DNA of 58,169 bases, the filler included, from Catajapyx aquilonaris (taxonomy: Eukaryota), in assembly GCA_000934665.2 (NCBI GenBank). It is 4 parts of 4 records of this genome, joined end to end, with 100 filler letters (N's around TTAATTAATTAA, not from the genome) between each part and the next. Parts side by side here need not be neighbours in the genome. Positions count along the whole stretch, not along the records: positions 14,495 to 28,871 come from KZ539735.1; positions 28,972 to 43,678 come from KZ539736.1; 2 more parts are not named here. One strand, written 5' to 3'. The notes beneath the pieces were generated by a model. The model did not search any database, was not told where the DNA came from, and saw only the letters and a list, made by a program, of their open reading frames with translations. The position numbers and the translations under genes were made by a program. Shown piece by piece: positions 22,550 to 35,200 of this stretch (position 1 is its first letter; the number at the start of each line of letters is the position of its first letter).

Positions 22550-23620
22550 ATGGTCACATCATTGTCTTCTTTAGCATTTAAATTTGAGTTCCATGTGGAA
22601 TAGTGGTTTGTTTACGTTCTTGTTACCATTGTGATGTATTAGCCAATAACTTACATGCAACGAGTAGCATGCCGTAGTGAACGTCTTCTGTTCAATTGCG
22701 TCATTCACAAGACAAGTGAAAGACATGCAATTTGCAACAATGCAACTTAGAAATGGCACATGCCGTGAGGTTCCTTGGATCACGCTCCTTCGCCTTTTTT
22801 CTTTAAACACCGTAATGTACCGGAATTCAGTGTGGCGTGATGCTGGTCTCGTGTAACAAAATATGTTGCCAAAGTTCAGACTGGAATATTCTTCCGCGTA
22901 GGTCAAGATTAAGTGTCATTGACGCAGAGTGGGACTGGTAAGCCTTGGTAATAATGATGCGGAATAGTTGAACCATGAGTGTCGTTGACTTGTAGGCGTC
23001 TGGCAGATAATGATTATTTTTTGTCCCTGCTGATTTGACACCTGAAAACACAGTCGTCATTGTCAACGAGGCTTGTTGTGAATTCTTGAACCAGTTCAAG
23101 GACACGCTTCCGGAAGTTTGCACATTTTGAAAGATGGGCGTGGAAGAAGGGGTGTCGCTCGTAAACTAAGTGTAACCTGAATACTGCATGTTTATTGATA
23201 TATTTAGTTAAGTTCGGATTGATATTACCTTCTTAACATTATGCCATTCACACGGCGCAAAGCCTCGTGATAGGATCAGGTTCCAGTTGTTGATTGTTGA
23301 TCCAGCAATCAATAACAATGAATGACGCAATCCGATAATATGTCGCCTACCTAGTCTAGTATATTCTCAGAGGGTCCACCCGATAGTCGCAGCTCCTAGT
23401 TTAGCTTTAGCGTATATTTTTCCTCAGGTCAAATATTGCAGTCTATTGTATATACCGTGGAATTTGAGTTACAGTGTTATCTTTTAAAACTGGAATGAAG
23501 GATTGTTGACTTCCTTGTCGCCATGCTGATGTTGCGGAGGGTTACCCATCAGAATATGGTGGCAAGCCTCTGGTAACCTCTTCTGCTGCGTTGCATAATC
23601 CTCGTAGGCCTGGAAGGCCA
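22550..23620 (-). pseudogene. Two abutting decayed coding relics (candidate viral L fragments)
   Basis: 98-aa open frame 22827-23123 (FKNSQQASLTMTTVFSGVKSAGTK...LFRIIITKAYQSHS); 23410-23535 is homologous to 19735-19855. Confidence 0.55.
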
Positions 23621-25595
23621 TTCACAGAAGCTGATGAGTTTTACAATGTACAGTACAGTTACGGATATTATAACTTAGTAGTTGTGGGATGAAAAGTGGT
23701 AGTGCTAGATCAACGATAGCCCACAAAATAACAGGAGGATGGGCGTAATAACTAGTAATAACTAATGGTCAAATGAACATATTAAGGTTGAACTTTTGGA
23801 AAAACAGAATAATAAGTGACACATCTGATGTAGTTTAAAAAAAATTATTAGGCTATCAATAAGTAGGCCTGACATATTTTTAAACAGACCATCGCAAGGT
23901 AATTATGGACCTTTCAATTTGTATTATAAGTCTATTTAAGGGAGGGATCAGTATACAAAACCATTTGATCTATCGATTATAAAAGAAATATAGACTTTTG
24001 CCTTTAACTGCTTTTTATCAAAGGTCAATTTTTGGTCAGCGTTTGAAATTCACCTGAATAGAGTCAACTGTTTGCGGTGTCAACGGTGAGCGGTCAACAG
24101 TTTAGGACTTTAGGTTTAGGATCAGGATTAGGCATACAAAAATAATTTAACGAAGAATTTATAATAGGCTATAGCCTAAATAATTATGCTACTGGGAGCA
24201 GCGCCGGATTGACCATTAGGCAGAGTAGGAAATTGCCTAGGGCGGCCGTGAGTTGCAATAAATATTTTTCAAATAGGCTACAATAATAGGGAAAAAAGGC
24301 GAAATCATTTAAAAATTCAAATTTTTGAGCGCAGCCAGATTTACCACTAGACAGAAAACCCCACGGGCGACCGCCCAACTGTCCATAAGCGCTCTATGGG
24401 CAGAGGTAGAGTCATGGGTGCGTGAGGTCAAGAAATGCCCTAAAAAACGGAAGATGGACCAGACCACTACTCCCATGGAGACGAAGAAGCGGGACGAGAC
24501 TATAACTTACTCTGAAGACATTCAAAACTTTATGTGAAGTGATTTAAGCCACACAGGCAACATAAATCTGATAAAAAACCAAAACTTGCATGACTTTCTT
24601 CACTCCTCGAAACCCTACAGGATCCAAGAAAATGTAGAGAAATGTCCGCATTTCGTAATAATTATGCGTTGATTGGTTGATATGCACTCCACAAATAATG
24701 CATTGATTTTTTAGGGCACACCTGTAGTTGAACACACTGTTTCAGGGCTTTGGCAGGTAGGTGAGGAAGAAAGAGGTGCAGGCTGGGGTCAAAAGTCACG
24801 CACGCAGTCTTTCTCTTTACTTGCTGGGTTATCCAGCAATGCTCAGATAGGAAAACTGAATAATGGTAATGGTAGACTCTGGTAAGTTTATTACTATGCC
24901 ATCATTCTGTTGTGCCGACTCTTCCTCTCACTGTGGCTGCATTCAACAATGTTAATACAGTAATCGAATTTGCAGTATTTATCACTACTATTCTCGGACT
25001 GAATGAATAATAGTTACTGAAATTTGAAGATGTAAGTTTTATTAGGGGGCACGGCATGCCCCCGCCAAGTTCTCGCCGCACTGCCGGACCACCTTTACCC
25101 GACACAACTCACGTCATTTTGACCCCCTCGAATCTTCGCACTGGTGAACATAGGTGGCTTAAAAAAATTTATTTTGGTAGATAAAAATTGGTTAAAAATA
25201 ATGCCCCCTTACTTCCATGTTTATATCTGTTTTCATTTCCGACTTAAAAAATCCTAAAAACTCCCGAAACGGCCAAAAAATGACACTCACTCACTCACTC
25301 ACTGATCATCAAAATTAAAGGGAACTTCCAGTGGTCCTAGGATGCTGAAATTTGGTATGCTGGTAGAGCTTGTCAAACAAACACCAGAATAAATCTGAAA
25401 ACGGCACTTTTCTGAGTCTAAATGCTCAAAAAGAAATTTTTTCATGAAGTCTGCTGCTGCTTACCAGATGCGGCATTTTTACCACGGATTACTTTTTACT
25501 TTGAATTTCCAGTTATGCTGGTGCTCCTCCTGCCTTCCCCACGTTCTCATCTCCTCACCCCCCTCCCTTCCCTCCCCCTCCTGCATACCGCTAGC

Positions 25596-25751
25596 CAACG
25601 ACGTAGCCAGCCCCCCCGAAATCTTGTGGATTAAAAAAATCACGTCAAGGAAATTACTAATTCATGATTTGGGGGTGGGGGNNNNNNNNNNNNNNNNNNN
25701 NNNNNNNNNTCCGCCCCCCCCCCCCGAACTGGATTCCTGGCTACGTCACTG
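25596..25751. mobile_element. hAT MITE nested in the Helitron-type element
   Basis: ca..gacgtagccag / ctggctacgtcactg; TSD ccg(c/t)tagc. Confidence 0.75.
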
Positions 25752-25849
25752 CCGTTAGCTAACTGACCGAAGCTGCGATTGCATTTCATATCAATACAAA
25801 TATTTCATACAAATACCTAAATACCTAAAATACAAAATAATACAAATAC

Positions 25850-26032
25850 AAAATTCGAGGTCATCAACAGCCTATGTGTACAGGGAACAATTCCCAATTT
25901 GTGTGGCGTATGCCATTACCATACAGAGGACAGAGCCAAAACCTGAGTCTCACTAATGCACTCATCGATATTGGTTCCTCTGTCTTCTCGTGCGGTCAAT
26001 CCTACGTGGCTCTTTCCAGAGTTAAAAGTCTC
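25850..26032 (+). pseudogene. Pif1-family helicase C-terminal fragment (motifs V-VI)
   Basis: YREQFPICVAYAITI / frameshift / SQNLSLTNALIDIGSSVFSCGQSYVALSRVKSL. Confidence 0.9.
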
Positions 26033-29000
26033 ATAACCTACACGTTTTGCTCGAAGTTATTCATTACCTTATTTGGAATATTTAATGGACCATTGCTTCC
26101 ACGCCCAACCGTAGGGGGCTCCCCGAGATATATATCTTATAATTATTATCCTACACTCCTGCCTACAAAAAGAGGTGAGATCCCACCAAAAAACCTTTCT
26201 GTAAAAAAGGCCAAGTTCTCCTGACTGCTTGGCCGTCAAAAGTGGTGAGATCTAAAATACGGCCAAGTTCAACGTCGTTGTCAATTACTGGCATTCTCAA
26301 CTTCTTCAACCTAAACCACTAACTTTGTTTTTCCAGGTCTTTCTGGCCCAGCCACCTAGAATCTAGGCGCTACGAACTGACTGGGCCAGAAAGATTACAA
26401 TTATGAAATATGTTAAAATATCCTGAATATGTACCTAGAGAACCTTGGAGAACCGTATGCGAAGTTTTCCGAAGTGCCAGAAAGCTGCAAATAAGTATTA
26501 ATTAATTTCTCGCAAAGTACGACGATTTCAGCAAATTCCTCTGGTATGGTTCTCAAGGTTGTTATTCCGCATATTTTCACGCATTTCATAATTAAATCAG
26601 CCTAAAAGTTGGGCGGCAGTAGTCCAATTTCGAGTTATTATAGCCCTTTTTTGGAAATTAATTTAGGGACTTCTAGACGAGTAAAATGGTTCCAGACACA
26701 TTCATAGGGTTTTCCCAGATCTCGTAAGTATAACTGTTATTATTTACAAAATATCTTGTTCGTATCTTCGGAGTACGCGTAAGCCGAAAACTGTGTGGTT
26801 CGGGCCGATCTGGGCCCGGGCTGAAGGGGTTAAGACTCGCAGTCTTGTGTGTCCCACCCACAGCAAGTTGGTGCATCCGGCCAATATTCTCCTATACGGC
26901 AGTTACCGTGTTTGTTCTCGCTCCCCTGGCGCTATCGAATGATATATTTTTGGCGGATTTGAGGCAAAACACGGCCCTCTGTACCTGGATCTAGATAGAA
27001 AAAAAAACAACAGAATCCCCAAAGGCTTCCACAACCATGGAAAATCGCAATGAAAGCTTTAAAAAATTATCAGAACTTTGGTTCGTTACCACTAAAATGC
27101 CCATATCAGGTTTTCTGGAAGCGATTAGTAGAAGCAGGGATTACGGGACTGCAGCCAGGATAGGAATTTATCCAGGTCCAGTCCATCTCGAGATTGGCGC
27201 GATACACGCAATTCAGCATGTTGCTCTGTTGACACCGCTAGGTGGCCTCTGAATGTGACGCACCTACTACCGGACAACTTCTCAGTCAGTAACTATCAAC
27301 AATGTGTCCTTAAAATGGCATCGGCGAAGGGATTTTTTCATAGATCTTGCTTTGAATGCTTCCACACCCACCGTACTCCCCTCTGGCCTCTAGTGACTTT
27401 GTTAGTTAGTTTGCTAGTTTGTAATACCCCGTGATGGGACCAGGGGCTCTCTTGGGGGAGGAGGTTCCCAAGCGAGGGCGCTCGTAAGTAGTCATTTCTG
27501 TCCCTCTTAAATATACCAGAGCTTTCCTCTTGGCCCTTGGCAGAGAAGGGAGTGCAATATATTCTGCCCGGACATGTCGGGTGAAAAGCAGGATGTCATG
27601 TATCGTCACCCTAATGATTATGTATCTCTGGCAACTAGTGCGAGAGTGGCTCCGCCACCCTTCCAGGCGGACGTTTTGTGTAGTAGCTAGTACGGAATAG
27701 ACAGAGTAGTGGACTGCTGCATTATTTATTATACTCCCCGAGATGACCGTGTCCCCGAGTATCCCCCTACTCCCGTACACAATATTAGTAGAGCTTAATA
27801 TGAACTGCTTCAACGACAGTTGTTGGCAATGCTGACGTCACTAGCGGGAGTTTAAATTGCAAAAAAAACTACAGCAAAATGTATTGTTTTTCCAACTATT
27901 GCAACGGGTAACGAGCTAACTACAGTTTTAAATTGTTGAAGTTATTACCAATTAGCTCTTAATTGTCATTTAAATTGTTAGAGAACCTCGTTAAAGGGTG
28001 ATTCATACGAAAAATCCAGTACTATACTGTAGTCCTTCAATTCTATTTTGCTTAATTAGACTGATTAATTTTTAATCAGGTGATTAAAACAAGCCGCACC
28101 CCCTCCCCTTCCAACAACAATGACAAACAATGGGGCAGTTGCCCACAAAATTTATTGTCAGCTGGCTCATGGATACAGAGCACAGAACGACAATTTAAAT
28201 GTTACAATATTTTGAACCGTGTTCTACTTTAGGGCTTGGATAAAAGTATTCCCATCAGGAATAATTGTGGTGTGAAGTCAACAACGTCGGCGACGCCTGC
28301 GACTCCTGCTGGACTTCTTTTTGCGACGGTCGTACTGGCTCCTTTCGGCGTCGGTCATCTGACGCCAAATCTCGCCGGCCATGCGCCCATATTCGCTCAC
28401 CTCACTATCGGGAAACTCCGATAGAAGACACTGGATGTTCAAGAATTAAACGCAATTTTAAAATAATTATATAAGCCGTATTCGTACGCTAAAGGTCTTA
28501 CCGGATAAATTTTCATGTAAAAGTTGATATATGGGGTCCTGGCCCGTCGGTTTTTCGCCGAATGGAAAGACTGTATCTTGCCTAGAACAATACCGATAAT
28601 TTCATGTGACATAACACTGCAATGTTTTTTTGTTTTTTTGTTGTTTTTTTTTGGGGGGGGGGAGACTTAAAAGTGTATTACTCACCCATTTTTAAGAGCA
28701 CTAAAATTTGGAGCGTCCAATTCGACTGAGGGGCTAAGAATGTTTACATCTGTTGCTGCGGACAACAGGCCCTTTTTTTTTTCGTACCGGTACAACAATG
28801 TGTGTTTATATGGGCATCACCATGGTTACCAATTAGAACTTATTCGATTGGTGAATTCGACGTGCCTATCTNNNNNNNNNNNNNNNNNNNNNNNNNNNNN
28901 NNNNNNNNNNNNNNNTTAATTAATTAANNNNNNNNNNNNNNNNNNNNNNNNNNNNNNNNNNNNNNNNNNNNGTTTACATTTGAACCACTCTTCGAGAAAT

Positions 29001-32000
29001 CTGGCCTTACAGATTTAGCTGATTTTTGGTTCTCTGAACTGGGATTAAACCGGACTTGAACCGCTGAAGTTCGAGAAATCGGGCCTTAGTGATTTAGATG
29101 ATTTGGTGAATGTAAACTCGGTTCAAACCCAGTTTAATCCCAGTTCATAGTCTATGAACTAGGATTAATCCGGACTTTTAACCGGGTTTGCATTTTAACC
29201 ACTGCACTGTTCGAGAAATCGGGTCCAAATCAGCTTATTAATTAAATCATCGAAATCAACTGAATCTGTAAATCATCTGAATCGCTTTTAAAATCTTTTG
29301 TACATTGCAGCAATTTTTAACGCTTGTTGCTCCCCCCCCCCCCCNNNNNNNNNNNNNNNNNNNNNNNNNNNNNNNNNNNNNNNNNNNNNNNNNNNNNNNN
29401 NNNNNNNNNNNNNNNNNNNNNNNNNNNNNNNNNNNNNNNNNNNNNNNNNNNNNNNNNNNNNNNNNNNNNNNNNNNNNNNNNNNNNNNNNNNNNNNNNNNN
29501 NNNNNNNNNNNNNNNNNNNNNNNNNNNNNNNNNNNNNNNNNNNNNAGGGGGGGGGGGGGGGTCAAAAATTGCGCGCTGGGGTGTGCAACTTGGCACATTT
29601 CGAGTCCCGAACTTCTCAGCTGGATCGAAATAAGAAAAAGGAAGATATTTTTTTTCTTTCTTCTTCTTCACCAACTTGTCTCTCTCTCTGTGTACTTTCC
29701 CCCTCTCACACCCTGAGCACTGAGCGTGCAAGTGTGAGTGAACCCTGTACATGTGCGGTACCCGGCGCATTTTGGTACGAAATGTTATGGACCTGCGATT
29801 TGGTTCATGAAGTAGTGGTAGCTGGGGTAAACAATTGTCTTTCCCCCCTCTCCCCCATATGGCCCTATTGCTACTGGAGGGTTTGTTGGTGACATTCCCG
29901 GAGCTGGTGGGACAAAAAGGTCCAGTTAGAACGGGGGTCCTGATTGGCCTGGTGTGCAAGAAACCTGCTTTTCGGTCCCTTGCTTTTGTGTCTTTGGATT
30001 CCCCCCCCCCCTTCAGAATTTTGGGGGGGAGGCAAAAAGGAAACCTAATCCGCCTTTTCCGTATTTTTGCTCCGTGGCCGCACCTGAATGTACTTCTATA
30101 TCCTCTCACGGACATCAGGTTTCTCCCTCCCACACGTGTTGTGCCCAGACCTTTTTGTCGCACACTGTACAACTCTTTTTTTATTTCCTTCGAACCATTG
30201 GTTCTGATTGTTTCTCCCAAAAACTTTTTTTTTTTTTCCTGTCTCTCGATTCTGGTTGTCATGGCGTTTGTTTGAACAGGGTTGGGATCATGTGGAAATA
30301 CATTGGTTCCGATCGATCGATTGGTTCTGCTTTCCCCCCTGCACACCTTCTTTGCTCAGAAATTTCTTCCTTCTCTTGATGGAAAGCCCCTGGTCGATGG
30401 GACCCGCCTGTAATTATTACTGCTTGCAACCGGCGAAAGGGGTGCGGCTCGGGTTGGAAAATATCCGGGGAAAAACAGGCCCCCAAAATGCACACCCCCT
30501 GGATAACAACACATTTCTCTGATTAGCACATTGCTGACCTGTATATATATGTAATGACAACTATTCGAGGGTGGACAGTAACATCCAAACTGAGTCCATT
30601 TCCGTAACATGATCCGGTCTAGAAGGCGTTGAACCGGTTTTTTCACTGAACTTTTTTGCGGCCGTTTGTGACGCACATCCGGTGTCACACTGATTCTGAG
30701 ATGCACCGAATGAGTATGTGTCAGGATTGTGTGTGTGAGTGCGTGTATACAAGTGCATGTTGGGAGGGGAAAGGGTCAACGTTTTGGCGCGTTAGTATTT
30801 ACGAAGGGAAACAGGACCAACTGGTTTTTTTTTTTTTGGNGGAATCAGAGAAGCTTCCTATCGGCAGCGCAAATATCGTTTTCAAACAAAAATGTACAGG
30901 GTGTATACCACTGTTTTATATGAGGGAATGTTGCTAGTAGATCCAACCATCCCACAGCCTGGGTCTACCCGAGCTAATTCCAGCCTCATTGTGGATATGG
31001 CCCAGTGACGTCACTGTGATGAAGGAGTTGCATTGTTCTCTCTATGTGTGGGGATGGGAGGGTTGGATGGGTATTTGCATACCGAATTGGATTCAGGTTT
31101 GTTGCTGGTTGCGTGGAGGTGGCAACGCCGCATCCTAATGGCGGCCTAACTGCCCCGGGGCCAGAGGAGAGGGGGGGATGATCCGCCTGTCATTCACCAA
31201 ACCCACCCCCAGCACAACCCACCCCTCTCCCCCGTCATCCTCTTCTCCTTTCCTACAATTGGCCTCAGGCTAACACAGGCCTATCGCCCCGGATTAATTA
31301 GCCTAATTGCACACCCCCCCCCCCCCCNCCCCCCCCTCGTACATATATAGTTTTTTTCGCACCCTGGCTCAACCCCTGGACATTCCCTTACCCCCCCTTT
31401 TTTTCGGAGGTGGGATTGGGCTAATTCGAGCAGAAAATTTTTGTTTTCACACCAGAAAGTATGTGCACCCATTTCGTTGGGTACTTCATACGATGGGAAA
31501 TGTACATTTGCTGACCGAGCCTCAGCAGCATTTCTAAAATTCATTTGAATGCGGATATAACAGACTTTCAAAGGACCGCTACAAAGTCTGTTATAGCCAA
31601 ATCGGCACAACTAATACACACAGTTTTCTGATTTCCATGTGTATACAATGCAAGCTACTGCATACATTAATGAAGCTATCTACAAAAATCAGCGAATTAC
31701 ACAGGGAAAAAAATCTGTAATTTTCTTATGCCGTCTCCTTGTTGCCAAATGTACCAGAAATAGTTTGGTTTTGAGTAGCTGAGATCAGTGACAGATACGA
31801 AAATCATCCCCTCCTTCCTGAGCGTGGGAAATGAATTTTAATAATCAAAAACAGCAGTTTCCCGCCGAGGGAGGGGTAAAATATTGTTACACTAGAGGTG
31901 AAAATGAGTCTGTTATAACCGGAGTCAAAATACACAGGGCCTTCATTTCAAGTCTGTTATAACCCAAAGTCCGTTATAACCGAGGCTGTTATAGCTGGAG

Positions 32001-32065
32001 TCAACAGTATATTATTTTAATAATTAAAATCAAGGAGAGCAGCAATATTCTGAAGATGTACTGTA

Positions 32066-32225
32066 CAGTGTTGGACATTAATCGAGGCATACTGCTAGCG
32101 ACATTTTCCGTAGCGGCAGAAGAAGGAATCTTGATCGCCCGGCTTGCAGTATCCTTATCGTTGATTATTCCTTCTGCCGCTTCGGAAAGTGTCGCTAGCA
32201 GTACGCCTCGATTAATGTCCAGCTG
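32066..32225. mobile_element. Palindromic MITE
   Basis: tggacattaatcgaggc.tactgctagcgaca.tttccg mirrored at ~32182-32221. Confidence 0.75.
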
Positions 32226-35200
32226 GGTAGCGTAATGAGTTTTATTCCAACCTTGTTGACTGGACGTAAAGTACAGTCCGTTTTGTATGCATCAAAAAGA
32301 CGGTTGGAGAGACCTACCATTTGCCATCTGTGTACAGGATTATAATATTTTTTTAAAATAAAATAATACAAAAATAAGCAACGCCGGCAACGTGGGAATT
32401 TGGCCGGAAGGGTAGTGGGGCTCCCATAGTGGTCAGGGTTTTTGGCGCTTTTGTGGGCCCCTCTGACTGCCCCCGGGCAAGGCTCAGGGGGGTCACTGGG
32501 GTCAGCTGGGGGAATGCAGGGAATTAAAAGCTGGAAGGTGCTGCAGCAGTGAAGCACGCAGGGAGGGGAAGGTTACCCTGGTTACTATGGGGAGTTTTAT
32601 GGCTTCTAGTGTACTACAGGGTGGTAGCTGCCTACTGTCCGGTTTTGACCCACCCTGTGGCTATAGCCATTGTCCAGGGGCTGGACGCCTTGTTAGTCCT
32701 TAATGGCTTTTTCCAGGAGCGGGGTGGTCATCTAATGGCCGCTATCTCCGACGATTTTATTTCCAGCGGGCATAAACAATGGCCCAGGTCACCTGAGTTA
32801 GGAAAAAAAAAACGGGAGCCCTCTTTCGGGGAAATTTCTGGCCTCCGGGTTTTATACTCTTTTGTCATAAAAGATGGGTAAGGCTCAAGGGGGCCTGCTG
32901 CTGGAAAGGAATAGAAAAAAGAATAGTGGGTTGGAGTAAGGAGGAAGGAGAAAGAAAAGAAGAAGAAGAAGGGAGGGGGAAAAAAAAAGTTTGGTGGAAA
33001 GGGGACCCCGAATGCATTCCTTGGCCTGAGGGTTTGAGTCTAGGACCACTTTTTGCCCAGTGCCCCTCCTCAACCACCACCGGGCCACACTAGCGAAGCA
33101 ACCCACCCACCTTCGGTTGTCTACTTGAAACCAGCATGCAGCATTTTACATTCGCGCAATTCGATCGCCTGCCTCGCACGCATCCTCTTGTTTTTTTCCC
33201 CCATCAGGCAAAGGTTTTTTTGCATTTTCGAAGGTCTGGAATCTTCTGTTGCAGCCTGATACCCTTGTAGTTTCTGGATTATATTTTCGTCCCACTGCTA
33301 GTTTATACTGCTAACTTAGCAGTACCAGTGTTGGCAGTGGCCCTGCTAAGCAGTGGGACGAAAATTCGACCAGGTTGGAAATGTCAGCTGAACATATAAA
33401 TCGCACTAACATAACGTGTTCAACTAATAGCTTCTCTCATGCGGATCTGTCATTAGAACCACATATTGATTGACCTTTAAGTCACATGCTTTATTTTCGG
33501 AAAAAAAGTACATGCGATTTTTTTCGGTCTTCACTAACGTGCCATATCCTTCGTAAGTTCGACCCCCCTTTTTTACCCTCTAGTTCAGGCAGTAAAAAAA
33601 TGAGATTAGGCTGTTCCTTTTGAGTGCGGGTTTATAAGCTTGTTTTATTTCCGTTCACTCTGAGTACAGCTTTAATAATAGTTCAATCGATCGCTCTTTA
33701 AGTGATGATGCGCACTGCACAAAAGGTCATAGTTGGCAAAAGAGGCTTGCCTTGGGCTTCTGTAAATATGATTTGCACGTATGTACAGCCCTCTCTTCTG
33801 TCTGGTCAGGTATTGCACCGGAAATGTGGCGGAAATTACCACGCAATAACCATTCGCAAATTGTGTTACAAATGGCCAGGCGGGAATAATTTGCCTAATT
33901 TTTAATTGTCATTATTGTTCTTACGCAGCGAAATCTGTTCAGTTCCGCATTAAACAGGTTTCCGTCATATACGACATGACTGCGCTGAATCCAGGCTCCA
34001 CATTTCCAGAATTATATTAGTGGACATTCCCCGCCTCCACCCGGCTCTTCCCTCCAATCATGTCCCCGAATCGCTCTGCAGAAACATATTACTGCGCATG
34101 CTCAGAAATCACTGCTGGTGACGTCAGATCGTTCTTCGGTTTAAAGGACTGTAGATACTAGAAAAAACTGTCGCTTCGCTCTCATTTATCTACAGTGTAT
34201 ATATCGCAGACCTAGAAAACCACTCGCTTCGCTCGTTAGCGTAGACAGGGAGCATATACTACATGCGCAAACTTTTGTCGGCGCCTTTGATGTCCGCGTC
34301 TCTCTGTTTGGGGCCGTTGCCAAGGCTGGCGGCCATCTTGAAGTGTGGGGAACGCCAACGAGGTATAAATAGGGTACAGGCAAAAATAGGGTCCGCCATC
34401 TTTGATGGTTTTGGCGGCCATGGCAACTACATGGCAAGAACACGCGCGAATCAAAGATGGCGGACACTATTTTTGCCTGTACCCTATTTACACCTCGTTG
34501 GCGTTGCCCACACTTCAAAATGGCCGCCAGCCTTGGCAACGGCCCCAAACAGAGACGCGGAAATCGGATGTTTGCGCCTCTTATGTGTATATATTATGCT
34601 CCCTGGCGTAGATAGATTGTTTCCTGGCATTAATGTTGGCAGCACTGAATTATTGGAAGATGTGAGTGCGTTTTCTGTTGGCCACGCTGATAAAGGGGGA
34701 GTTCCAGCTGAAGTGACAGAGTGTGACATGGGGGGGGGGGGTGGGGGTGATTGTTAGAGAGGTCGCAGGTGGCTCATATTTTCACGGGTGCACTTACCTG
34801 ACTTGTTGGCTGTAATCTCAACGGGGGAGCGAAAATATCAGCACTTGTATCGATATTTATAACTGAGTGCAGGGAGTGCAGAAGCGGAGGCACTTCATCA
34901 TACGTGGCGAAGGCTTTTAGGCTTGCATTAGTGTCCCCTTGCAGATAAAGGATCCATTGCTCTTAATCAAGGAGTCTGCTGCTGCCCTTATTAGCATTCA
35001 AAGCAGTCTGAGGTCCACTCATTTTCGCACCCTTTCTCTGCTCGCACACTTTTTTTTTGTCGATCATCAACCTCACAGCGTAAAAATGGCGATTCTTTAT
35101 CGTGCTAGTCGAGGTGACAAAAAAAATTTGCGCGTTGCCTCACATATTCGCGAGATTTTTTGTTTAAATGAAAAAAGGGTGCGTGACGGGTTTGGTTCTC

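Larger units (their letters stand above)
25045..26393 (+). mobile_element. Non-autonomous Helitron/Helentron-type element with a Pif1 helicase remnant
   Basis: Hairpin ggggcacggcatgcccc at the start, (cact)n at ~25284, helicase motifs at 25850-26032, hairpin ctttctggcccag..ctgggccagaaag at the end. Confidence 0.65.

Noticed and set aside
22900..23000. IIITKAYQS resembles the M3 helix of ionotropic receptors
   Set aside because: Homologous copies have charged residues here (YRVILNKV) and no M1/M4 or ligand-binding motifs were found
22740..23240. Plus-strand reading (KICCQSSDWNIL, VVDLQAS, PEYCM) of the repeated relics
   Set aside because: Shadow frame sharing wobble positions; it has several stops, one shared between copies, while the minus frame is open for 98 codons. 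Strand is less certain for 23400-23540
27400..27818. Possible TG...CA solo LTR
   Set aside because: No matching TSD or clear inverted termini
29288..30346. 352-aa ORF and overlapping ORFs
   Set aside because: Length inflated by Ns and homopolymer runs; no recognisable domain
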